The translations under genes were made by a program, and so were the position numbers. DNA of 64,000 nucleotides from an uncultured delta proteobacterium. GTDB lineage: Bacteria; Desulfobacterota; Desulfobacteria; Desulfobacterales; Desulfatirhabdiaceae. Numbering within the stretch: position 1 is the first letter of the stretch; the number at the start of each line of letters is the position of its first letter. The stretch lies in NCBI GenBank assembly GCA_963789395.1, contig CAWBKP010000022.1, positions 256,001 through 320,000 on the forward strand, read 5' to 3'. Of this stretch, positions 32,281 to 42,362 are shown one piece after another. Below the pieces are notes generated by a model, which was given only the letters and a program-made list of their open reading frames with translations, searched no databases and was not told the origin of the DNA.

Positions 32281-33351
32281 ATGAAACGATGTAAACATAT
32301 GTTAACCCTTGCGGCTGTTGCGCTGATGATACAGTCAGGGATGGCTTTTCCGGCGATGTCTGCGGAAAAGAAAACAGAGGCCAAACCGGCTGCTGCCAAG
32401 GCCAAAACCGACAATAAAGCTGCCGCAGATAAAAAAACGCCGGCTGCGGCTGATACGGCTTCAAAAAAAGTGGCGATCGTGAATGGAGCGCCGATTATGC
32501 AGGCAGACCTGGACCGGGGAATGGAAGGGGTGATCCAGCGAGAGGCCCGCTCTGGAGCGCCCATGGATGAGGCGCAATTGAAGACCATTCGAATGGATGT
32601 GCTGACCAATCTCATTAATCGGGAGCTACTCAATCAGGAAAGTAAAAAGCAGAAAATTGTCATCACCGATGCGCAGGTGGATGAGAAGCTTGCCAGTATC
32701 AAACAGCGGTTCAAGGGGGATGCCGAGTTCAAGGAAATGCTTGCCAAAATGAATCTCACCGAAGCGCAGATCAAGGTTCAGCTCAAGGAAGATCTATCGA
32801 TTCAGAGCCTTATCGACAAGCAGGTGGTTGACAAAATCACTGTCACGGAACAGGAGGCGCAGGCCTATTATGATACCCATCCCGAGGCATTTAAACAGCC
32901 GGAGCAGATCAGGGCCAGCCATATCCTTGTAACGGTTGACCCCAAAGACGATCCTGCCAAAAAAGAGGAAGCCCATAAAAAAATTGAATCCGTTCAGGAA
33001 AAGCTCAAAGCTGGTGGAGATTTTGCGACCCTGGCCAAGGAACTTTCAGACTGCCCCAGCAAAGAAAAAGGGGGAGATCTGGGATATTTTGGAAAAGGAC
33101 AGATGGTCAAGCCTTTCGAAGATGCCGCACTGGCGCTTAAACCCGGTGAAACCAGCGGTATCGTGGAAACCCAGTTTGGTTATCATATCATCAAACTGAC
33201 GGATAAAAAGCCCGAAGGCATTATGCCGTTTGCTGATGTCAAGGACCAGTTGATGCAGTATTTGAAACAGGAAAAAGTCAAGACAGAGCTGGATTCCTAC
33301 CTGGCAACCCTGGAAAAAACGGCAAAAATAGAAAAATTAATAACGCAATAG
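32281..33351 (+). CDS. Exported parvulin-type peptidyl-prolyl isomerase (SurA/PrsA-like)
   Basis: Signal peptide, IRASHIL, GGDLGYF, FEDAA, ETQFGYHII. Confidence 0.9.
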   Translation: MKRCKHMLTLAAVALMIQSGMAFPAMSAEKKTEAKPAAAKAKTDNKAAADKKTPAAADTASKKVAIVNGAPIMQADLDRGMEGVIQREARSGAPMDEAQLKTIRMDVLTNLINRELLNQESKKQKIVITDAQVDEKLASIKQRFKGDAEFKEMLAKMNLTEAQIKVQLKEDLSIQSLIDKQVVDKITVTEQEAQAYYDTHPEAFKQPEQIRASHILVTVDPKDDPAKKEEAHKKIESVQEKLKAGGDFATLAKELSDCPSKEKGGDLGYFGKGQMVKPFEDAALALKPGETSGIVETQFGYHIIKLTDKKPEGIMPFADVKDQLMQYLKQEKVKTELDSYLATLEKTAKIEKLITQ

Positions 33352-33359
33352 TTTTTTTC

Positions 33360-33389
33360 TTGACCGCCAATAAATGGTTAAGCTATAGT
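33360..33389 (+). promoter_or_regulatory. Candidate sigma-70 promoter of the cold-shock gene
   Basis: TTGACC-N18-TATAGT about 130 nt upstream of the start. Confidence 0.5.
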
Positions 33390-33522
33390 ACCCGATATTT
33401 TCCCGGCTTTTATTTCGGTTCAGGGGGTCCCTTGCAATGGATTCCTGTCCAGGAACACTGTTCTGAAACCCGATCTGAAATCCAGGGACCCGAATAAACA
33501 TTTTTTTAAGGGAGGTCGTGTT

Positions 33523-33723
33523 TTGGCAAAAGGAATAGTGAAATGGTTCAGTGATAAGAAGGGGTTTGGATTCATTGAGCAGGAAGAGGGCGGAGACGTA
33601 TTTGTCCATCACTCAGCCATCAAGATGGAGGGGTTTAAAACCTTAGCCGAGGGTGATCGGGTCACGTTTGATGTTGAAAAAGGAAGCCGGGGACCTGCCG
33701 CAAAGAACGTTGTTAAACTTTAG
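33523..33723 (+). CDS. Cold-shock protein (CspA family)
   Basis: GIVKWF..KGFGFI, DVFVH, GFKTL. TTG start with GGAGG RBS. Confidence 0.95.
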   Translation: MAKGIVKWFSDKKGFGFIEQEEGGDVFVHHSAIKMEGFKTLAEGDRVTFDVEKGSRGPAAKNVVKL

Positions 33724-33739
33724 TTTAACAAATTAACCG

Positions 33740-33788
33740 TAACAAAAAGGGCGTTTCTCTCGTATCTGGGGGGCGCCTTTTTTTGTTA
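33740..33788 (+). terminator. Rho-independent terminator after the cold-shock gene
   Basis: TAACAAAAAGGGCG...CGCCTTTTTTTGTTA. Confidence 0.7.
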
Positions 33789-33898
33789 GCTGCCAAGGGG
33801 TTTCAAAGCTGACCCTTTCCCCAAATGCTCTTCCGGATTGTTCCCTGATATACTGCTCCAATATTTTGTGCTTGACTGAAAATGGTCTAATCGGTTAT

Positions 33899-33915
33899 TA
33901 ATGGTAGAACCATTA
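33899..33915. promoter_or_regulatory. FadR/LldR-type operator palindrome
   Basis: Perfect TAATGGT-aga-ACCATTA 40 nt upstream of the GntR gene; fits the TGGT-N3-ACCA pattern of FadR-subfamily sites. Confidence 0.65.
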
Positions 33916-33955
33916 TAATGATGCTAATCAATATAAAACGGAAAGACCGCGACCC

Positions 33956-34696
33956 ATGTTTCAAAAAGCCCGGAAAAACCGCATTTATCAGGACGTCGTG
34001 GATCAGATTGAAGAAGCCATTCTGGACGGAAAACTGCATGTGGGAGACACACTGCCGCCTGAAAGGGATTTGATGGAAAAATTCGAAACCAGCCGGGGAA
34101 CCCTTCGGGAGGCCCTTCGGGTTCTGGAGCAAAAAGGGCTGATTGAAATCCGGCTGGGAACAAACGGCGGGGCCGTAATCAAGGGCCTGACCACGGAGAA
34201 AATCAGCGAAAATCTTGCTTTGTTGATCCGGTTTCAGCAGGTTTCCCTGGAGCACCTGGCCGAATTCAGGGAAGGCGTGGAAGGAAATGTCGTTGCGCTG
34301 GCCGCCATGCGGGCAACCCCATCGGATATCCGTCAGCTCCGGCTGCTGCTGGAGGAAGCCCGCCGGTACAAGGAAAACGGCATCAGTTATCAGGACGCCT
34401 TTATCCGGGTGGATGAGCTTCTGCATCAGGCCCTGGCGCGGATATCCCAAAATCCCATGTATACGTCTATTTTACAGACCCTGCATGAAAATATTCACCC
34501 GTATTTTGAAAATTTTCTGCCCCGAGAACCCCATGTGATTGCAGAGAACTTCAGCGATCTTTGCGATATCGTTCAGGCGGTTGAAGAAAGCGATGCTCCA
34601 AAAGCCAGAAAGCTGGCGCAGCAGCATGTCCGGCGGTTCAATCAGTACATGATCCAGAATAAACAGCATCCAACCAGTGGAGGACCCCTCAGATGA
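33956..34696 (+). CDS. GntR/FadR family transcriptional regulator
   Basis: LPPERDL..SRGTLREALRVLE..G HTH plus FCD-like C-terminus. ATGA overlap with putA. Confidence 0.92.
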   Translation: MFQKARKNRIYQDVVDQIEEAILDGKLHVGDTLPPERDLMEKFETSRGTLREALRVLEQKGLIEIRLGTNGGAVIKGLTTEKISENLALLIRFQQVSLEHLAEFREGVEGNVVALAAMRATPSDIRQLRLLLEEARRYKENGISYQDAFIRVDELLHQALARISQNPMYTSILQTLHENIHPYFENFLPREPHVIAENFSDLCDIVQAVEESDAPKARKLAQQHVRRFNQYMIQNKQHPTSGGPLR

Positions 34697-37600
34697 AATC
34701 CGAAATTACCGACGCGCTTTTAAAGGAAGCCATTGATCTGGCAGAATTCTGGCAAAAACGGGCCAACGAACTCCTGAGCCCGGACGAACGCGCCATTCAG
34801 GTCATGATGATGCGCCTGTTAAGCAGCCCCATGGACAAGGTGATCCTGACCAAAATGATGGATCAGGGATTTCGCTCCGGCAGTTACGGCCGCGTGGCGG
34901 ATCAGATCAACGATCTCATGCGCACTTATGGCATTCCCGGGTTCTTCAGGGTTTCGGAAAAACTTCTCATGCGTCTTTTCCTCGGTATCGGCAGACATGT
35001 TCCGGCTGTATCGGTTCCCCGAATCATCGAAAAAATGCGCTCGGACAGCAGCCGCTCCATTATTGCCGGAGAAGCCGATGCGCTTCATCGTCACCTTCAG
35101 ATCCGCCGAGCCGAAGGCGTCCGCATGAATCTCAATCATCTCGGCGAAGCCGTCCTGGGCGAGGATGAGGCTGCCGGTCGCCTGAAAACGTACCTGGAAG
35201 ATCTCCGGAATCCGGAAATCGAATATATCTCGGTCAAGATTTCAACCATTTATTCACAGATTTCTTCCCTTGCGTTCGACCATACGGTGACAATTTTAAA
35301 AAAGCGCCTGTCCAGCCTCTACCGTACGGCCCAGAGCCATTATTTCATTCGTCAGAACGGGGTCCGGACGCCAAAATTCGTGAATCTGGATATGGAAGAA
35401 TACCGGGATCTGGACATCACGCGCGCCGCATTTATGCAAACCCTGGATGAACCGGAATTCAAGATGCATTCCGCCGGAATTGTCCTTCAGGCCTATCTGC
35501 CGGATTCCTGCGACATCCAGATAACGCTGACCGAATGGGCCAAAAAGCGGGTGGCTGACGGCGGTGCTCCCATCAAGATCCGGATCGTCAAAGGCGCCAA
35601 CATGGAAATGGAACTGGTTGAATCCAGCCTCCACAACTGGCCGCTGGCTCCGTATGACAACAAACTGGACGTGGACGCCAACTACAGGCGAATGGTGGAC
35701 TACGGCATGATTCCGGAAAATATTCAGGCCGTTCATCTTGGGATTGCCTCGCACAATTTATTTGAGCTGGCTTATGCCGCCACGCTGGCAAAACACTCCG
35801 GGGTGAGCGCGTACATGAGCTTTGAAATGCTCGAAGGCATGGCCGACCATGTGCGGCGGGCCATTCAGGAGTCCACGGGAGACGTGCTGCTGTATGCGCC
35901 GGTGGCAAGCCGGGATCAATTCATCAATGCCATCGCCTACCTGATTCGAAGGCTCGATGAGAATACGGCGGAAGAAAATTTTCTCCGCCATTCCTTTAAT
36001 CTGAAAACCGATTCAAAAGCCTGGGATTTTCTAAAAGACCAGTTTGTCAAATCCTGTCATCATCGGAAAAGCGTTTCCAAAGAGCCCAGGCGATCCCAGA
36101 ATCGTTTGACGGAAGCATTTCCAGGCAATGCAGGTACGTTTTATTCCAATGAATTCATCAATGAAGCCGATACGGACTGGGCACTTGAACCCAACCGGAT
36201 ATGGGCCGATGGTATTCGGGACAAGTGGGAAAAGTCTCTTCAGGTCAGCGCTCCGGCCATCATTCCCGTGGTTGCCGGCGGCGGTGAAATTCTCGAAGAC
36301 AGGACGGTCGGGGAATGTCTGGATATTTCGCGGATCGGCGAATCCGATGATAAGCCCTTGATTGCCCGATATATTCTGGCGGATGACAGAGATGTTGCGC
36401 TGGCGGTATCGGTTGCCAAGGCAGATCCTGACGGATGGCGGAAAAAGTCCCTGGCCGAGCGGCATGAAATCCTGTCCCGCGTAGCCGGGGAACTGCGCAT
36501 GGCAAGGGCGGATCTGATCGGGGCAGCCGCCGCCAATACCGGAAAGGTGTTTTCTGAAGGGGATGTCGAGGTTTCAGAGGCCATTGACTTTGCGGAATAC
36601 TATCCGCACGCGGCGCGGGCCTTTGCCGGCAAGCCCCATATCCGCTGCTCGGGCAAAGGCTTGGGTCTGGTGATTTCCCCCTGGAATTTTCCCATCGCCA
36701 TTCCCTGCGGCGGTATTCTGGCAGCATTGTCTGCCGGCAACACCGTCATTTTCAAGCCTGCGTCTGCCGCAGTTCTGGTGGCATGGGAGCTTTGCCAGTG
36801 CTTCTGGAGAGCCGGGGTCACCCGAAATGTGCTTCAGTTTCTTCCATGTGCGGGATCGACCACCGGCGCAAAACTGACCCATCACCCGGATGTGGATTTT
36901 ATCATTCTGACCGGCGGAACCGATACCGGGATGCGGATTTTGAAAGAGCGGCCTGCTGTGTTTCTGGCAGCGGAGACCGGCGGGAAAAACGCCACGATCG
37001 TCACCGCCATGAGCGACAGGGACCAGGCTATCAAAAACGTCATTCAGTCGGCATTCGGTCACTGCGGGCAGAAATGCTCGGCTACCTCTTTGCTCATCCT
37101 TGAAAAAGAGATATATGAAGATTCGGTTTTCAAAAAACAGCTCGTGGATGCAGCCAGAAGTTTTTCGGTGGGCTCTGCATGGGACTTTGAAAACCGGATG
37201 GGCCCGTTGATCCAGCCGCCTTCCGGAGACCTGAAAGCAGCGCTCACAACACTGGCGCCCGGCGAATCCTGGGCCCTGAAACCGGAAAATATCGGCGAAA
37301 ATCCGAATCTGTGGACTCCGGGTATTAAATGGGGCGTTACAGCAGGCAGCTATACCCATTTGACGGAGTTTTTCGGGCCGGTTCTCGGGGTCATGTGCGC
37401 AAGGAATCTGGAGGAAGCCATTGATCTGGTCAACCAGACCGGTTACGGTCTGACTTCCGGGATTGAAAGCCTGGATATGCGGGAGCAGGTACTGTGGAAA
37501 AACCGTATCAAGGCCGGCAATCTTTATGTCAACAGGGGGACTACCGGAGCCATCGTGCTGCGCCAGCCCTTCGGTGGCATGAGAAAGTCTGCGCTGGGAT

Positions 37601-38316
37601 CGGGAATCAAGGCAGGCGGCCCCAATTATGTGAGCCAGTTCATGAATTTTGAAGAAACCGGACTCCCACAGATTGGCGCGATCCGGAGAGATTCAGAAAT
37701 CCTTCGGCTTTCCCACAGGTGGCGGATCAAGCTGGACGGAAAGCATTTCCCCGGTTTGGAAGCCGATATTTTAAAAACCACCCGGGCCATTCAGAGTTAT
37801 GAGTATTGGGCGGAACAGGAATTTCGGGTTGAAAAGGATTATTTTCACTTAAGAGGCCAGGACAATATCATCCGGTATCTGCCGGTGGGGACCGTTGCGG
37901 TCCGCGTCCAGGAAGGTGACTCGCTTTTTGAAACACTGGCCCGTATTGCTGCAGTCCGGATTTCAGGCTGTTCGCTGATTGTCAGCATCCCGCCGGGTCT
38001 TGTCAGTACGGCCACGGCGTTTCTGGATTCAAAAGAAGGCCACGCTCTGCTTCATGGCGCCAGTGTGGTTCGCCAGACCGACCGGGATCTGATTCAGATG
38101 ATTTCAAAAATACAGCGGATCCGCTATGCCCATCCGGACCGGGTGCCATCTGCGGTACTGGCTGCTGCAGCTGAAAGCGGATTTTACATCTCCCGCATGC
38201 CGGTCCTGATGGAAGGCCGGATCGAACTGCTGCAATATTTTCAGGAGCAGAGCATCTGCGACAATTATCACCGATATGGAAATCTCGGGGAGCGGGCGTT
38301 GGCGGCTGCGGTATGA
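34693..38316 (+). CDS. putA: Bifunctional proline dehydrogenase / L-glutamate gamma-semialdehyde dehydrogenase
   Basis: NLDMEEY, IVLQAYL, RIVKGA, IASHN, YLIRRLDEN; ALDH motifs ISPWNFP, ETGGKNA, GQKCSA, EFFGP, QPFGG. Confidence 0.94.
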   Translation: MKSEITDALLKEAIDLAEFWQKRANELLSPDERAIQVMMMRLLSSPMDKVILTKMMDQGFRSGSYGRVADQINDLMRTYGIPGFFRVSEKLLMRLFLGIGRHVPAVSVPRIIEKMRSDSSRSIIAGEADALHRHLQIRRAEGVRMNLNHLGEAVLGEDEAAGRLKTYLEDLRNPEIEYISVKISTIYSQISSLAFDHTVTILKKRLSSLYRTAQSHYFIRQNGVRTPKFVNLDMEEYRDLDITRAAFMQTLDEPEFKMHSAGIVLQAYLPDSCDIQITLTEWAKKRVADGGAPIKIRIVKGANMEMELVESSLHNWPLAPYDNKLDVDANYRRMVDYGMIPENIQAVHLGIASHNLFELAYAATLAKHSGVSAYMSFEMLEGMADHVRRAIQESTGDVLLYAPVASRDQFINAIAYLIRRLDENTAEENFLRHSFNLKTDSKAWDFLKDQFVKSCHHRKSVSKEPRRSQNRLTEAFPGNAGTFYSNEFINEADTDWALEPNRIWADGIRDKWEKSLQVSAPAIIPVVAGGGEILEDRTVGECLDISRIGESDDKPLIARYILADDRDVALAVSVAKADPDGWRKKSLAERHEILSRVAGELRMARADLIGAAAANTGKVFSEGDVEVSEAIDFAEYYPHAARAFAGKPHIRCSGKGLGLVISPWNFPIAIPCGGILAALSAGNTVIFKPASAAVLVAWELCQCFWRAGVTRNVLQFLPCAGSTTGAKLTHHPDVDFIILTGGTDTGMRILKERPAVFLAAETGGKNATIVTAMSDRDQAIKNVIQSAFGHCGQKCSATSLLILEKEIYEDSVFKKQLVDAARSFSVGSAWDFENRMGPLIQPPSGDLKAALTTLAPGESWALKPENIGENPNLWTPGIKWGVTAGSYTHLTEFFGPVLGVMCARNLEEAIDLVNQTGYGLTSGIESLDMREQVLWKNRIKAGNLYVNRGTTGAIVLRQPFGGMRKSALGSGIKAGGPNYVSQFMNFEETGLPQIGAIRRDSEILRLSHRWRIKLDGKHFPGLEADILKTTRAIQSYEYWAEQEFRVEKDYFHLRGQDNIIRYLPVGTVAVRVQEGDSLFETLARIAAVRISGCSLIVSIPPGLVSTATAFLDSKEGHALLHGASVVRQTDRDLIQMISKIQRIRYAHPDRVPSAVLAAAAESGFYISRMPVLMEGRIELLQYFQEQSICDNYHRYGNLGERALAAAV

Positions 38317-38377
38317 TTCTGAAATAAGGCCGAAGACTGAAGGGAAAAGCAATCTTTTGTTTTTACACCGGACTGCA

Positions 38378-39466
38378 TTAATACCAGACAACCGCGGAAA
38401 CAGGATAGGTCAAATACAGGTGTTTCCCCGGAAAAAGGTGCATTTCCCCGGCTGTTTCCGATGAGACGGGAAAGGTGAAATTCAGTTCGGCGATTCTGAG
38501 CGTGACAAGTATGGCGCCGGACTCCGGATCGAGCGCCAGCCGGGTGAGAACGCCCTGAAGGATATGCTCTGATGGGTTCTGCAAGGGGGCCGTGCGGCTG
38601 AGAGATACGGCATCCCGGGGAATTACGGCAGCCGCCGACGGACAGGGCGGAGCGGAAACCCGCAGCGCCTGACCATCTTCCAGAATCTTTTCCCAGAACC
38701 CTTCCGGCCTTGGATTCCAGGGACCCCAGAGGATGTTTCCCCGGCCGTTTTCCATGATTCTGCCATTAAACATCGGGATGACCCGGTTGCAGATTTCATG
38801 GATCCATTGCCAGTCATGGCTGGCAACGATGAGGGTCGTGCCCCATTCTCTGCAAGCCTTCAGGGCGCTTGCCTTGATCTGCTGCGCGCTGGCGGCGTCC
38901 ACGCTGGCTGTGGGTTCATCCAGTAGTAGAACCTTTGGCCGCAGCACCAGCCTGGCGGCAAGGGCCACCCGCTGGGCTTCGCCACCGGAGAGCTGATACC
39001 AGGAACGGCCGGCGAATTCCTTGACGGGAAGGCCTACCAGGGACATGGCGTTTGCCACGGCTTCATCATGACGGGATCGGCTGATACCTCTTAAAACCAA
39101 CCCATAGGCAATGTTGTCAAAAACAGAGCGCTTCATCAGATATGGTTCCTGGGGCAGCAGGCTGACTTGAAATCGAACCGAGGCGTCAAATGGGGCGGCC
39201 TTCTGGCCTTTGAAAAAAATCCTTCCTTCAGAAGGGCTGTCCACAAACGCCAGGAGTCTGAGCAGGCTGCTTTTGCCGCTGCCGTTAGGCCCGATCAGAC
39301 CTGTAATCGATGACGGAGAAATCGTCAGATTGTCGATGTCCACGGCAAGCTGCTTCTTGTGGTATTTTTTGATATGTAAGAGCTGATAGATGTCTTCGCC
39401 TTGTCGGCTGGTCGGGTTTTGTTCCGGCAGCCAATGCGGCTTGAATGTATCACGTTCAGCTGTCAT
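38378..39466 (-). CDS. tupC: Tungstate ABC transporter ATP-binding subunit
   Basis: GPNGSGKS, LSGGEAQRVALAARL, LLLDEPTASVD. Follows tupB. Confidence 0.8.
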   Translation of the reverse strand: MTAERDTFKPHWLPEQNPTSRQGEDIYQLLHIKKYHKKQLAVDIDNLTISPSSITGLIGPNGSGKSSLLRLLAFVDSPSEGRIFFKGQKAAPFDASVRFQVSLLPQEPYLMKRSVFDNIAYGLVLRGISRSRHDEAVANAMSLVGLPVKEFAGRSWYQLSGGEAQRVALAARLVLRPKVLLLDEPTASVDAASAQQIKASALKACREWGTTLIVASHDWQWIHEICNRVIPMFNGRIMENGRGNILWGPWNPRPEGFWEKILEDGQALRVSAPPCPSAAAVIPRDAVSLSRTAPLQNPSEHILQGVLTRLALDPESGAILVTLRIAELNFTFPVSSETAGEMHLFPGKHLYLTYPVSAVVWY

Positions 39467-39516
39467 ATCGACCTCTCTGACGGTTTATTTTGGTTCATGC
39501 AGGCACAGCTTCGAGG

Positions 39517-40206
39517 TTATGCGCGGTTGCGCAGGAAAGACAGGGAAATGTTCACCACGGCCGCAATAGCCACCAGGATCAGACCCAGCGCGATCCCCTC
39601 TATAAATTGCCCTTTGCTGGTTTCCAGGGCGATCGCGGTTGTGATGGTACGGGTGTGCCATTTGATATTTCCCCCGACCATCATGGCAATGCCCACTTCC
39701 GTCATCACCCGGCCATAGGCGTTCATGCTGGCGGACAGAATGCCGTACCGGGCTTCCCACAGTGTGGAAAGCACAACCTGCTTTCGGTTCGCCCCCAGAG
39801 AAATGAGGGTGACCCGCAGCTTTTCATCCATGCTTTCAATGCATGCCGCTGTCAGCGCAATCACTACGGGAAGCGCCAGAATAGTCTGGCCGATGGCCAC
39901 GCCTTGCAGGGTAAACAGCCATCCCAGATGTCCCAGAGGGCCCCGGTAGGTCAGGAGCGAATACACCAGAAGACCGATCAGCACTGTCGGAAGCGACATC
40001 AGGGTGTCCACCAGGGTTCGCGCGAATTTTTTTCCCGGGAAATCGTGGTGACCCAGAAAAAATCCTGCCGGAATTCCGATCAGGAGGCTGGCGACCATGG
40101 AGCCGGTGGATACTTTCAGTGTTGCGGCTGCAGCCGAATAGGTCTCAGCATTGCCGTGAATCAGCAGTTGAATGGCCTGGAAAAGGCCGTTTATAATATA
40201 GTCCAT
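39517..40206 (-). CDS. tupB: Tungstate ABC transporter permease
   Basis: LPTVLIGL..RGPLG, GRVMTEVG..MMVGGNI..TRTITTAIALETSKG. Confidence 0.88.
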   Translation of the reverse strand: MDYIINGLFQAIQLLIHGNAETYSAAAATLKVSTGSMVASLLIGIPAGFFLGHHDFPGKKFARTLVDTLMSLPTVLIGLLVYSLLTYRGPLGHLGWLFTLQGVAIGQTILALPVVIALTAACIESMDEKLRVTLISLGANRKQVVLSTLWEARYGILSASMNAYGRVMTEVGIAMMVGGNIKWHTRTITTAIALETSKGQFIEGIALGLILVAIAAVVNISLSFLRNRA

Positions 40207-40348
40207 AGTCGTTGAATGAAATCACTAAATTGTTGACTTCCCTTTCCCTGACCTCCGTGACTGCAGGACAGGATCGTGTCAGGAGACACAGGGGCCCGCG
40301 GGAAACGATTCACATCGTGGTACGAGTCTCATAGCGTAACCGTGCCGA

Positions 40349-40366
40349 TGTGTCAATGATGACACA
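40349..40366. promoter_or_regulatory. Perfect 7-4-7 palindrome overlapping a minus-strand TTGACA upstream of tupB
   Basis: TGTGTCA-atga-TGACACA. Confidence 0.5.
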
Positions 40367-40461
40367 ATGAAAACAAAAAAACAATTCAGGAGAATTTGGC
40401 TGATGATCCGTACCGGGGAGGATTGACAGGAAATACTTGAATTGCAGTACACTCTCGGCTC

Positions 40462-40511
40462 AAAAAAAGTGGCGAGTCGAAGCAGAAGAAGCCGCGACTT
40501 GCCACTTGTTT
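40462..40511 (-). terminator. Rho-independent terminator of glnB-amtB
   Basis: Minus strand AAGTGGCAAGTCG...CGACTCGCCAC followed by T7. Confidence 0.7.
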
Positions 40512-40527
40512 CAGGTTGGCATACACA

Positions 40528-41859
40528 TCATGCCTGTTTGGAGTTCATCTGGAAGTCAAAGTAGGAGAAGCCGCCGTGTTCGGCGATATCAAGACCTTCC
40601 AGTTCTTCCTCCGGGGAGACGCGCAGGCCGATGGTGGCCTTGATGATCTTAAAGAGGATAAAGCAGGTGCCGAAGGACCAGATAAAGGCTGCGGCAATGC
40701 CCAGTAACTGGACGCCGACAATACCGGCCGAAAATCCGTCCATGTTGAAAAGACCCACGGCCAGGGTGCCCCAGGCGCCGCAAACGCCATGCACGGAGAC
40801 AGCCCCCACCGGATCATCCACCCCGATTCTGTCGATGAAGAGAACTGCAAGAACCACAAGTACTCCGGCGATAGCGCCGATAACGATGGAACTGCCCGGG
40901 GTAACCTTTGCGCAGCCGGCGGTGATTCCAACCAGGCCGGCCAATGCGCCGTTCAGGCTCATGCCGATTTCAGGCTTTTTAAAGATCATCCAGGAAGTGA
41001 ACATGGCTAGTATACAGCCTGCGGCTGCAGACAGATTGGTGTTGACAAAAATCATGGCGATATCCTTATTGCCGGCGGTTGTGGATCCCGGGTTGAAGCC
41101 GAACCAGCCAAGCCAGAGGATAAAGACGCCAACGGCAGCCATGGGAATGTTATGTCCGGGAATGGCTCTGGGCTTTCCGTCTTTCCCGTACTTGCCCGTG
41201 CGCGGCCCAAGGACGATGGCTCCGGCAAGGGCTGCCCAGCCGCCGATGGAGTGCACCACGGTTGAGCCGGCAAAATCGATAAAACCCAGTTTTTCCAGCC
41301 ATCCGCCACCATGAAAAAGGCTGCCCCAGGCCCATCCGCCGAAAATCGGATAAATAAAGGCGGAAACCACTGCGCTGTAAACCAGGTAACTTACGAATTT
41401 GGTGCGTTCAGCCATGGCGCCGGAGACTATGGTTGCGGCGGTGGCGGCGAACACGCACTGAAACATCCAGAATGCCAGGACCCAGGGATCGCCGCCCACT
41501 TTAAAATCACTGAGCATAAAGCCGTTGGTGCCAACCCAGCCTGTTGCGGTGGCACCGAACATCAGTCCGAAGCCGATCAGCCAGAAAGCAATTGATCCCA
41601 CTGCAAAGTCCATCAGGTTCTTCATCATGATATTGATTGCATTCTTCGCACGGGTAAAGCCAGCTTCCACCATGGCAAAACCTGCCTGCATGAAGAAGAC
41701 CAGCGCAGCCGCCACCAGGGTCCAGACATAATCGAGATGGGTTTGTACCCCTTTGATTGCATCAGCGTTGGTCGCAATCGTTGGGACTACTTCGTCAGCG
41801 CCCCATCCAATGGCCGGAATGGCCAACAGGGACAGAATCAATATTTGTTTCTTTTTCAT
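40528..41859 (-). CDS. amtB: Ammonium transporter
   Basis: FFMQAGFAMVEAG, SGAMAER, DFAGSTVVH, GWFGFNPGS, DDPVGAVSVHG. ATG at 41859 with AAGGAG RBS. Confidence 0.96.
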   Translation of the reverse strand: MKKKQILILSLLAIPAIGWGADEVVPTIATNADAIKGVQTHLDYVWTLVAAALVFFMQAGFAMVEAGFTRAKNAINIMMKNLMDFAVGSIAFWLIGFGLMFGATATGWVGTNGFMLSDFKVGGDPWVLAFWMFQCVFAATAATIVSGAMAERTKFVSYLVYSAVVSAFIYPIFGGWAWGSLFHGGGWLEKLGFIDFAGSTVVHSIGGWAALAGAIVLGPRTGKYGKDGKPRAIPGHNIPMAAVGVFILWLGWFGFNPGSTTAGNKDIAMIFVNTNLSAAAGCILAMFTSWMIFKKPEIGMSLNGALAGLVGITAGCAKVTPGSSIVIGAIAGVLVVLAVLFIDRIGVDDPVGAVSVHGVCGAWGTLAVGLFNMDGFSAGIVGVQLLGIAAAFIWSFGTCFILFKIIKATIGLRVSPEEELEGLDIAEHGGFSYFDFQMNSKQA

Positions 41860-41913
41860 TTTTTTCACTCCTTAAACAAAGCTTACAGACCTGACGGTCT
41901 TGATGTTTTTATG

Positions 41914-42270
<357 letters not shown>

Positions 42271-42346
42271 TCATGTCATCATTAAAATATTCGACGCTTG
42301 CCGCAGACTGAGATGTATTTTAAAATTAAGCTTGTTTGATACAATA

Positions 42347-42362
42347 TACAATTAGTGTGCCA
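42347..42362 (-). promoter_or_regulatory. Sigma-54 (-24/-12) promoter of glnB-amtB
   Basis: Minus strand TGGCAC-actaa-TTGTA (consensus TGGCAC-N5-TTGC), about 95 nt upstream of glnB, with AT-rich upstream DNA. Confidence 0.7.
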
